Below are positions 11,981-21,211 of a stretch of DNA of 64,000 nucleotides, in pieces; positions within the stretch are counted from its first letter, which is position 1; every line of letters begins with the position of its first letter. Position numbers and translations under genes: made by a program. Source of the stretch: Cyanidioschyzon merolae (lineage: Eukaryota); the NCBI GenBank assembly GCA_000091205.1, contig AP006489.2; one strand, 5' to 3'. The notes beneath the pieces were generated by a model. That model ran no database searches and was not told the DNA's origin. It saw only the letters and a list, made by a program, of their open reading frames with translations.

Positions 11981-12604
11981 ATGGCGAGCGGCAAGCGTAA
12001 AGGACTATCCTTCGATGACAAGAAAACCCGTTTGTTGGAGCTGTTCAATGAGACTTGCGATTTTTACACGTTAAAGGAGCTGGAGAAAATCGCCCCGAAA
12101 CTGAAAGGAATCATCACCCAGTCCGTCAAAGATGTGTTACAGTCGCTCGTAGACGATGATCTGGTGAACTCGGATAAATGCGGTGTCCAGACCATTTACT
12201 GGTGTTTGCCCTCAGAAGCCGTTGCCAAGAGGCAACGTCGGCTTGATGCGCTGCAACAGCAGCTGGCGGAGAAACGCCAAAAACTGACAGCGCTACAGCG
12301 CCAGCTGGTCCAAGTCCAGGCGGGTCGCGAGGACAGCGTTGAGCGTACAGCCGTACTGGAGAGGCTTGCAGCTTGTGAAGCGGCCTGGCGTGAACGGCAA
12401 CGAACGCTCGAGTCCTACCTCGAGTGCGACCCTGATGTCCTGGCGCAGCGCGAAACCGAAACCAAGACCCTGATTGAACAGGCAAATCGTTGGACCGATA
12501 ATCTCTACGTCATTCGAAGCTACGTCCAACGAAATCTAGGAGTTGACCTCGACCTATTCGATCAGCAGTTTGAGCTTAAGCCTGCGCTGCAGTATTTGGA
12601 GTGA
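11981..12604 (+). CDS. MND1: MND1 (meiotic nuclear division protein 1)
   Basis: [62 protein letters not shown]... closely matches the human MND1 N-terminus ([57 protein letters not shown]). The C-terminal coiled coil and the ANRWTDN motif are shared. ATG at 11981. Confidence 0.8.
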   Translation: [207 protein letters not shown]

Positions 12605-12910
12605 ACACGCATGCACAGGGTGCGGTATACCGTGCCTGCGGCCAGCGCTCTACCTCTATGTGTGCGCTGAGCGTTGGGCGGTGCTGCGTTCGCAGGTCGT
12701 CGTTTTCGTGATATCCTAAGGCTTGCGATGCCTGTAGCGTTAATCGTGCGAAAGCGGATTCGTCACGGGAACTTGACCGAAAGTCGCCTGGTGCGTGCAC
12801 CGCAACAGCACTCGATCCCGATGCGAAAGATCCTATGCGGTCTGATTCCTTTGTTCGTGGTAAAGGGAAAGCACCGTCAGAGGCTTGGGCCGCTCACGCG
12901 CTGCTCCGAG

Positions 12911-12947
12911 GCAGCCTGCTGCCGTCGTGGTATCGACGGCAGGCTGC
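12911..12947. other. Imperfect palindrome/hairpin (about 14-17 bp stem, 5-nt loop) directly abutting the inner boundary of IR1 arm B
   Basis: gcagcctgctgccgtcg tggta cgacggcaggctgc: the left arm is the reverse complement of the right arm apart from a 3-nt (cag) bulge. Arm B begins at ~12950. Confidence 0.6.
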
Positions 12948-12949
12948 GG

Positions 12950-14551
12950 TGCGATATACGCACTACAGTTGATTCGTGGAACCCCATGATCGCTCAAATA
13001 CTGTTGAGGAATACCGTTACCGGTGGATGGGTGCACGTCGCTGCAGCCTTGATGGATTGCTCACCCGAAGCACAGCGGTGTGTTCCTGCGGGGTGAGCAT
13101 CCAGTGCGCGTTCTCCTGGTCACTGATGCATTGTGTTTCTGGACGCAAGTCTGCAGCTTTTCAGCAAGATGCCCAGGCTGATTACGAAACGATTTTCGGG
13201 AACGTTCGCTCGACACAAGGCCGCTGGACGCTCTCGAAGCACTGGTCATACCCAGTGAATAATGGAGGCGTTCGAGTCGTCACACAGAGAGAGAGAGAGC
13301 TCGCGTGCATGATAGCCGGTGGCATCACACACGAGCTGGGCAATGCTTTTCGATTGCCTCGCCAACTGACGTCCGCTCAGCCTTCTGGACACCATGGCGT
13401 GCATCCGACGCTGTTTCATACGATTGTTTCTATTCGTGTCGCAGCAAGCACCCACGCTCGTGATGCATCGATGTCGCCCGGGATTCAGTCACCGATGGGA
13501 ATCGTATAGCGCCGATTCCCGTGCGCACTGCCGGCTTTCGTCGACGGAGCGCAGGAGTTCAGGGCGTGTGCGCAACTTCAAGCCCAGCGCCGAAGGCTAT
13601 CGCGAAACGACGCAAACCTCTCGTCATTTTCTGTTCGAAATCAGTGAAGAACCCGACACTTGCGCGCTTGTTGCCTCCATACGGCCGAAACTGTCGGCGA
13701 CTCCGGTGCGGTGTCCCGAATTCCCGCTGAGTATCGCGTGCATCAACTGTTTGGGCGTTTTTGGCACGCTCTGAATGAAACGGACGCAAGCATCGCCCGC
13801 TGCTGGATGCAGAGCTCGGAGCGTCGCGATTGGTGCTGATAACAGCATTCCATTTTCTGGTATACCCTCTGGTGCCGATCATTCCCAGCTGCCTACCAGA
13901 GAGAATCCCCGGAGATCGAGCAGCTTCATCTGGTTTCTTCCTGGGTCGCTGGCTCCGTGCTCTTGATCTACAGGTACGGCGAGTGCTTCGATGCACCTGG
14001 ATTCGGGATGCACGAACACCACCATCGCGAAGACGTTGTCTTCATCTGGGCTGAACGGGTGCGAATGAGTCTCTTTGGTAGACGCTGGTCCAGATGCTGC
14101 GCAATGTGCATACAGATTGATATTCCGTCCGGTCTTTGACGTCCTCGCAAACACGTCTTCCCGTTTCCTCTCGGTTAACAGCAAGGTGTCTCGCCAGTGC
14201 GCTTTGCGGTGTTGCTCGAATGCTTCGTATTGGTCGCAGATATCTGCCGCTGCTCACTACGGTGGTGGTCGTAAAGCTCCATGCAGAAGAGTCTACGATG
14301 CGATCATGAGCCTTGGTCTGATATTTGCGGTCTCTATCGAACGGACGCAAAAGGTGGCTCGTGCACTCGGACCCCAGGGAGGCACTCTGTGCTGCTTCTG
14401 ATGCGAAGGCCTCTCTTCGCTAGCCAGTAGTGGCGCCATCGAGCCTCTTGGCGACCTTTCCCCAGTCTGCGAAACGCATTCCTTTCGTTGCATACCTGCC
14501 AGAAAAACAAACAAAATCAAACATGGCTATACGTTCCATGTACTTCAAAAA
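12950..14551. repeat. Inverted repeat 1, arm B (reverse complement of 6693-8303)
   Basis: Same mirrored-ORF evidence as arm A. Inner boundary ~12950 (gtgcgatatacgcactacag), outer boundary ~14551 (..cttcaaaaagtcatcg|gactg). Confidence 0.85.
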
Positions 14552-14721
14552 GTCATCGGACTGAAAAGAACCCAAAGCATGCCCCGAGCGACAGCCGCCA
14601 GGCACTGGACCCGCAACCTTGGCGTCCAGCAGGATGCACCAAGTCGCATACACCGGAGGCACTTCCTTTCGCAAACCCGACCCATTGGCGGTGTCGTTGG
14701 TACACGTCGCCCCGTACTCCT

Positions 14722-16434
14722 ATGCGCGTAGCGTATGGATCAGCCCGAGGTGACTTGCGCTGGCGTGGTCAACTCCCGGAAGTAGACGGTGGCAAGTACA
14801 CTTGGGTCGGCGTCGAGTGGGACCCCGGCCCCGACGCTGACAAGCACGGGCGCCACGACGGTACCTTTCGAGGCAAGCGCTACTTCTCGTGCGAGCGAAC
14901 ACCGGCACGTGCGAGCTTCGTGCGCGCAGACCAGGTACACTTTCCACAGTCTCTGGGTTACCTTCTTGACGCGTACCAAAAACCAGGGACGCAGACGCAA
15001 CCGGGCGATGTGTCAGGATCGACGGAGCAACCGGCTGCTGGCGTAGCTCCGCTAGTCTCCGCTTGTCTGGCACGATCATGTGTCGTCTGGAACCCAGCTG
15101 AATCGGCGTTGGTTGCTGAACGTCACGGGAAAAGTGTTCGGTACTTGGACATATCTTTTGGACTTATCGAGTACTACGAAGACGTCGCAGAAATCCTGCA
15201 GACTTTTCCGAGACTTGAAGAGCTGGACATTTCGGGAAATCGATTGCGACCCCGCAACTCAACTACGATTTCGCCAAATCATGCGCTCAGCTCTATTGCG
15301 TGGGTGTCTCAGTCACTGCGGATTCTACGCTGGAACTGCGCAGGTGTCGAGACTTCGATCGCGGCGCTCGCTCAACTCGTCCTTGGTTGCACGGTGCTCG
15401 AGGAGTTGCGCCTCCATGGGAATCATATTCGACTTGAAGTACGCAGTACGAACACGACCATACTGCCTCGATCACTTACGCGCCTCTACTTGGGAGCGAA
15501 TCATTTGGAATGTGTTGCTTGTCTGCCGTCGCCTGAGCTCGAATTACTAGACTTGAGCGAGAACCCTGCACTGGATCGCTTGGGAGCGCCAGCCTCTTCC
15601 ACAGAGTGCTTTGCGCCACGGCTCTCTTCGCTGAACTTGACGGATACCTCATTCGTTTGCCTCGAGTTTCTAGCGGATCCCAATCACTTTCCGCAACTAC
15701 GTAACTTGCGTCTCCGCCATCTTCCACGGGATCACATTATAGCCCGAATGCCGTATCTAGAAAAACTGAATGGTTCAGAGATCACTGCTGCTGAGCGGCG
15801 GGAAGCAGAGCTGCGATTTCTCGCCGACTGGTCAACTGCTGCACAGGACGCGTTTGCATCGTCGCCTCTCAAGCGCCGTGTGGAAGCGCTTTGTCGCCAG
15901 TACGGTGTGAAAGCAGAGGCGCCTCTTCCACTGCCGTCGCCTCTGCCACACATGGAACGGGGATACGTTCCAGTGGTACTCGGGCAGCTGCGCATGGACG
16001 CGCCAGTGCCGACGCGGATTCCTCTTGCATCCCTCTCGCAATGCCAGCAGCAGCAGCAGCAGCAGCAGCTACTGCTGCAAGTACCAGCGTCCACACCTTG
16101 GTGGCTAGCGGAACGCATCGCCTTCACACAGTTGTCCGGGATCCGGAATCAGCTGGTATCGCCTCCGTCCGATGATCGTCATCATGTCGTCGTGCATCTA
16201 GCGTATGCAACCGCACATGAGCTTGCTTTGCAACCTCAACCCGATTGGCTGACAACGCTAGAAGAGCTTGATTCAGCTGGAAAGAGCCCAGTTTATGTGC
16301 TGGTCCACATCGAAAGGAACAAGTCACATGTCAAATGCTGCGACTCGAAGAGCGCTGCATCCGCGGCTGACGGTCTAGACGCGAACGCACCAGCCACTGA
16401 GACGCCAAGCCAATCAGTGCCGCTTGAATCGTAA
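14722..16434 (+). CDS. TBCE: tubulin-folding cofactor E-like (CAP-Gly domain + leucine-rich repeats); contains a CAG-encoded polyQ
   Basis: CAP-Gly signature MRVAYGSARGDLRWRGQLPEVDGGKYTWVGVEWDPGPDADKHGRHDGTFRGKRYFSCERTPARASFVR, followed by LRR units (LEELDISGNRL..., LEELRLHGNHIRL..., LELLDLSENPAL...). The first ATG is at 14722; the ORF-track start at 14488 is TTG and lies inside IR1 arm B. polyQ from (CAG)n at 16045-16069. Confidence 0.7.
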   Translation: MRVAYGSARGDLRWRGQLPEVDGGKYTWVGVEWDPGPDADKHGRHDGTFRGKRYFSCERTPARASFVRADQVHFPQSLGYLLDAYQKPGTQTQPGDVSGSTEQPAAGVAPLVSACLARSCVVWNPAESALVAERHGKSVRYLDISFGLIEYYEDVAEILQTFPRLEELDISGNRLRPRNSTTISPNHALSSIAWVSQSLRILRWNCAGVETSIAALAQLVLGCTVLEELRLHGNHIRLEVRSTNTTILPRSLTRLYLGANHLECVACLPSPELELLDLSENPALDRLGAPASSTECFAPRLSSLNLTDTSFVCLEFLADPNHFPQLRNLRLRHLPRDHIIARMPYLEKLNGSEITAAERREAELRFLADWSTAAQDAFASSPLKRRVEALCRQYGVKAEAPLPLPSPLPHMERGYVPVVLGQLRMDAPVPTRIPLASLSQCQQQQQQQQLLLQVPASTPWWLAERIAFTQLSGIRNQLVSPPSDDRHHVVVHLAYATAHELALQPQPDWLTTLEELDSAGKSPVYVLVHIERNKSHVKCCDSKSAASAADGLDANAPATETPSQSVPLES

Positions 16435-16681
16435 ACGATCACAAAAAGAAAGCGCTCCTCTAGGGTAGATTACGATGCAGCTATGCGCTTACATGTCTAT
16501 GGTTTCAGTCATCCATGCAAAACTGGGTCATGAGTAACATGGAATCGTGCACAAATGGTCGAACAAGTGGACGCCTCCCCTCATACAAATACACACACAC
16601 ATGCGAACGTTTACATGGGCACGGCTACCCATAGAGACACATACGCCTACACACCGCCACCTATGCCTGCTCGTCGAGATC

Positions 16682-19600
16682 CTATTGCGTCTCACCATTT
16701 GCCTGAGATGTGCTCACAAAATCGCTGCCCGACAGGATACCGAGTTGCTTGGCGATTTCCCGTAAACGCTCAATACACACCTTGTTTGTCTCATCGTGGA
16801 CATGGTAGCGCTCGAGAAACAACCGCACCTGGGACGCAGCAGATCGATCCGGAATCGTACGCAGCAGGAGATCGTCGTTCTCGAGCTCACGATCGTGACT
16901 CGAGCTTCGCTGCTGGCGTACCAACATAAGCGTTTCCGCCAGTGCGAGGTATGCCTCCGCAAGCGTGAACTGCTGTGGTGGCTGCGGCGCCGTCTGCTGG
17001 AGCCCAGCCCCGGCCGAAGCCATCTTTTTCGACCCGAACTGCGACGGACGTGTCGCTGTCTCGAGTGCTCGGATCGTCTTGCGACTGTACTCAAGCGCTT
17101 CCGCTAGATTGCCGTGCCTGGTTGCACAACGACGCAACGCGTCCCAAACGATCGGATCGCTGATACCTGTCGCTGCTACACTGCGTAACAGCGACTCAAG
17201 GGCGCTCATTTGACGCACCCTGACCGGGTCATCCACATGCACATCCTGGTCGGTAACCGAGGTTTCATCCAGAACGTCGCTCATGGCAGCGAGTATCGCT
17301 GCGAGAGCGGCGTGATCGTAGCCGTCGCGTCCGCGAAACTCGAGGAGCTTGCTCTGTGCTCGAAGTGCCAACGCCCATTCTTTGGCACCAGTGGCAGCGA
17401 TCAGGAGATTCTGCCATACCTGCCATGATTCAGGGCGTAAACGGGCCGCTTCTGCGAAACACTTGACAACGCGGTGTCGTTTGAGCATTGACGCTGGGTT
17501 ACCCGCTTCCTCGGCCATGGTCTGCCGCAGGAGAGCATGCCCTAGGTTGCTCCAGGCCTCGGCATGCTCGGGTTCGTACTGCACGGCGCTTGTGTAGGAC
17601 TCAGAGGCCCAGTCCCAGCGTCCAAGTTTCTGTGCACAAAAGCCACAAGCGAACCATATATCCTGGTGCAGGGGATTCACAGTCAGCGCTCGGCGAAAAT
17701 GTTCATAGGCACGCTGCCAGTCGCCACGGCGCATTGCCAGGCGTCCAAGTGAACGCTGGGCTCGTGCGTATCGCTCACCGCTGATTTGCCAGGCTTGGTT
17801 GTAGAGCGCCTCGGGGGTGCGATGTTCGTCCAGCGGGCGATCTCGTTCAGGCATCATGACCAACACATCGCCGAGCACACAGAGCAAACGCGGACTACGG
17901 TCACGGACGCGAAGCAGCTCTATGAGCATTTGGTAGGCTCGCGTCCAGTTGCCCATGAGTCGGTGGCAATCGACTGCGTGCTCCCACATCTCGAGTGATT
18001 GGAAAACGTCCAGTGCGGATTTCACCAAACCGAGACGACCGAGCATCCCGGCCCATTCGCGTTGCATCTGCCATCGTAGTGGATAGGCAGTAGCGAATGC
18101 GTACCAGAGGTGCTTCGTCAGTTCAGGTCGAGGTTGCGTGTCGTTGTAAAAGCGTTCCACAAGTTCCTCCATTTGCTCCATGACTCTTTCCTGAAATCGA
18201 GCACGATCTAGTTCGAGGCGAGTGCGCACGAGTAGCGCATATGCTCGAAGCAGGGCGTGCTCTGCCTGCGCTTCGGTTGATCGCTCGGTTGCCTCGATGA
18301 TGTACTCCACACAAGACCGAATGTTTTCCTTTGAGAGCGCAGTTGTGACCTGTTGTGAAGCATCAATGGCTACAAGTCCCGAAAGCAAGATACAATCTGT
18401 GACTGAGAGCGGATGTGGTGATACCTGCTCAGAGCCGACGCTCTCGATGCATACCGTATGGCCCAGGTACTCGTCGTCGCGCAGCGGTATTGCACGTGGC
18501 ATTCCCGCTGCATATGGAGACGAGTGAGCGTCTCGAACGACCACTGCCGCAGATTCGGTCTCCGGAGGTGCATCAGTCCCTTGATGATCATGTGCGGAAG
18601 CAGGCAACACCGCACGGCAACTCGAGTCCGGTATCATGACCGCTTGGCTACTGGGCACTGCACAGCTCGCTTTGCTTGCCGACTCGAGGCGAGGCTCGCT
18701 TCCGAACGAGCGTGCCTCTGCTGTCGTTCCGCAACATTCGAGAGTGGCACCCCGAGACGTTGCCCCAGATAGATCCAGGCTGCTCGCATTGTCGTGCTTC
18801 TCCTTGTTTTGGCAATCCGTTTCGCGACGATCAACCCTAGTCGCTGTTTCAGGCGGGACGGCATCCTCGTTACAATGGGTTCCACAGTGTCCGGTGGCAT
18901 GTTCAGCACAGCGCCTTCCGCCAGAAACCGGGTGCGTATCGGGTGCTGGAGTCCCATCGTGGCTTGTGGTGCTGATGCTGCTGCTGCGGTCGATACGCAC
19001 ACGCAACAACGCCATGGGGCGCTTCTGGTACCGCAGTCGAATGCCACGTTCGCCGCTGAAGCAGATGCGGGCACCTATCCTGCTCGCAGCATGCTCCAGA
19101 AACTCCCTCGCAACTTCTCCGAAGCTATAATAATGGTTCATCAGAGAGAACTCCATACTGGACAGGAAAGTTTCGGCGAGCGTTCCATCGAATGTCCATG
19201 AAGCGGTAACCTGCTGCATCCGGTAGCGAGGTCGGCTGAAAGGCGGCACCACAACCTGCACCTCAATCGTATTCGAGAGCGCTATAGCTTTCCCAATACT
19301 CAGGATCTGGTCCCGCAAAAGCGCAGATGGACCTGATAAACACTGTTGGTAGAGCCACAGTGCGCGAACATACCACCAGGCCTGATACGCTGAGGTCCAG
19401 TCCAGCTCAGCGAGGCACCGCGTCGCCTCCAGCAGGGCACAGGCAGGCGCGCACGCCGCTAGCCAGTCTTCGCCATCAACAGCGAGAGTGTCTCGTTCGG
19501 GCTCCTTCGTGGACCTGGTGACCCGAAGTGGCCAAGTGGCAGGAAGCGGCGGCCCCGTCCACTGATCACGCACGAACGCAAGTATCAAAGCTATGGCGCG

Positions 19601-19840
19601 TAGGTAGTGTGCCCAAAAGTGTGCGTTTGAAGCAGATTCCGCTACGAGTACCTGCTCTTGGGCGTTTACGAAACCTAGTGCGGTTTCAATGTCGCGGCGG
19701 ACAAGGTGCAAGGCCAAGTCTTCGAGATGCGGTGCAGTTTGGTCGCCGCCAATGTTCTCCGCTACAAGCCGGCGAAGATCCGCAGCCCCCAGGTCACGTG
19801 TATCCGCACCCGACCACAGCAGCTGCTCCAAAGCGGTCAT
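16682..19840 (-). CDS. TPR-repeat protein (TTC27-like candidate)
   Basis: The 1050-aa ORF has TPR-like units in its C-terminal half (..ALTVNPLHQDIWFACGFCAQKLGRWDWASESYTSAVQYEPEHAEAWSNLGHALL..). The track start at 19870 is GTG; the first ATG (MTALEQLLWS) is at 19840. Confidence 0.55.
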   Translation of the reverse strand: MTALEQLLWSGADTRDLGAADLRRLVAENIGGDQTAPHLEDLALHLVRRDIETALGFVNAQEQVLVAESASNAHFWAHYLRAIALILAFVRDQWTGPPLPATWPLRVTRSTKEPERDTLAVDGEDWLAACAPACALLEATRCLAELDWTSAYQAWWYVRALWLYQQCLSGPSALLRDQILSIGKAIALSNTIEVQVVVPPFSRPRYRMQQVTASWTFDGTLAETFLSSMEFSLMNHYYSFGEVAREFLEHAASRIGARICFSGERGIRLRYQKRPMALLRVRIDRSSSISTTSHDGTPAPDTHPVSGGRRCAEHATGHCGTHCNEDAVPPETATRVDRRETDCQNKEKHDNASSLDLSGATSRGATLECCGTTAEARSFGSEPRLESASKASCAVPSSQAVMIPDSSCRAVLPASAHDHQGTDAPPETESAAVVVRDAHSSPYAAGMPRAIPLRDDEYLGHTVCIESVGSEQVSPHPLSVTDCILLSGLVAIDASQQVTTALSKENIRSCVEYIIEATERSTEAQAEHALLRAYALLVRTRLELDRARFQERVMEQMEELVERFYNDTQPRPELTKHLWYAFATAYPLRWQMQREWAGMLGRLGLVKSALDVFQSLEMWEHAVDCHRLMGNWTRAYQMLIELLRVRDRSPRLLCVLGDVLVMMPERDRPLDEHRTPEALYNQAWQISGERYARAQRSLGRLAMRRGDWQRAYEHFRRALTVNPLHQDIWFACGFCAQKLGRWDWASESYTSAVQYEPEHAEAWSNLGHALLRQTMAEEAGNPASMLKRHRVVKCFAEAARLRPESWQVWQNLLIAATGAKEWALALRAQSKLLEFRGRDGYDHAALAAILAAMSDVLDETSVTDQDVHVDDPVRVRQMSALESLLRSVAATGISDPIVWDALRRCATRHGNLAEALEYSRKTIRALETATRPSQFGSKKMASAGAGLQQTAPQPPQQFTLAEAYLALAETLMLVRQQRSSSHDRELENDDLLLRTIPDRSAASQVRLFLERYHVHDETNKVCIERLREIAKQLGILSGSDFVSTSQANGETQ

Positions 19841-20208
19841 GATCAATCGAGTTTGGCTGCCGAAGCGCACAGGAAGCTACCGTTACGGACAGCGAGGTGG
19901 AAGCTTGGCACGAACGCCGGCAGTGCACCGCCACGCGGCGTCCAGTCGCCAAGTTTCCACTAGGTTTCGACGTGCGGCCGTTCACTGGTAGCCAATCGTG
20001 GACGCACAAAAACAACAAGCGGCTGCTTCAGTGCGTGCTCGCTGGTCACTGACGTACTTCGAAAGGCACTGAAGACGGAATTGGCACTGGAAATGCTTGT
20101 TGTGAGTGCGAAGCGGTATCCCAGCGGCAACAGACCCGGTAGCAACGCGCCTGCGCATAGCAAGCCGGTCGCGAAGGCTGCCGTCGAGACTCCTGCAGGG
20201 TAGCTCTC

Positions 20209-20242
20209 GAGAGAGAGAGAGAGAGAGCAGGAGAGAGAGAGA
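20209..20242. repeat. (GA)n microsatellite, interrupted
   Basis: gagagagagagagagagag ca ggagagagagagag, read directly. Confidence 0.8.
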
Positions 20243-20272
20243 TGCTTTTGGGTACATGTCTGCAGTGCGTGT

Positions 20273-20455
20273 TGGTGAAAGGTAGCAGGCGTTTCACGTG
20301 GTAAGAGGCCTGTGTTCAGAGCTTCTCTGACGTACGCTTTGTTATACATTTGCGGTACGTACTGGTGAAAGGTAGCAGGCGTTTCATGTCGTAAGAGGCC
20401 CGTTTTCAGAGCTTCTCTGACGTACGCTTTGTTATACATTTGCGGAGCGGACCGC
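20273..20455. repeat. 2 x ~91-bp tandem duplication in a divergent intergenic region
   Basis: The unit ggtgaaaggtagcaggcgtttca(c/t)gt(g/c)gtaagaggcc..gttatacatttgcgg occurs at 20273 and again at 20364, with 3-4 mismatches. Confidence 0.75.
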
Positions 20456-21211
20456 TTCAAGGCATGTCAAGTTACATAGAATGGGGCTCAGCATCAAAAA
20501 AAAGCGCTCCGTACGAATCAGAGCAAACTTCTGGTTTGATTCTCAGAATTCTTCAAGTACCTGGAGCAATTCGTAGTCGGAGGATCACGAGCGACATCTT
20601 CTTCCAGGGCGCATCGCCCTAGAAATCCGCGTACGGTGATGCTCCATGCCATCAACACAACACGGCTTGTGCAGGTAACAGGACAACGCTGCGCGGGTGC
20701 ATATCGGTTACAGCGTCTCGGGCAGCGAGCCAGGTTATGATCGGTATAGAGCGGGCCCGTAGGATCCCATGCACGTCCGCTGGATACGAGCGCAATACCG
20801 CATGTCACCATATACGACATGTTTGAGAGCAAGAACATATTGAATGCACGGCGACGTGTCTATTCAGTAGTGTTTCGACCCGAGGTTCCAACAGGGCCTC
20901 CTTGTAAATCTTCACATTTTCACCGCTACGATAACGCCGACCGCCGTTGAGCTACCAGAAAACAGAGTAGAGCATCCCATTTAGAGATCCAAATAACGCA
21001 GGATGTAAGCAAATGAGGCCTAGGCAATGCTACGTGAATGCTCGCTTCAGGAAACGCATCACGAGTGGATTCGCACCAGCTGAACGCTCTGACGAAGCGT
21101 TTCAAATCCTAAGCCACGTGCTTGCGCTTATTCCGCGTCCGGGCTGTGTCCGGGAACGTTTCAGAGAGGGTGGAGGGTTTTTGATGATGCCCAGGCACAA
21201 TACACCAGGTC

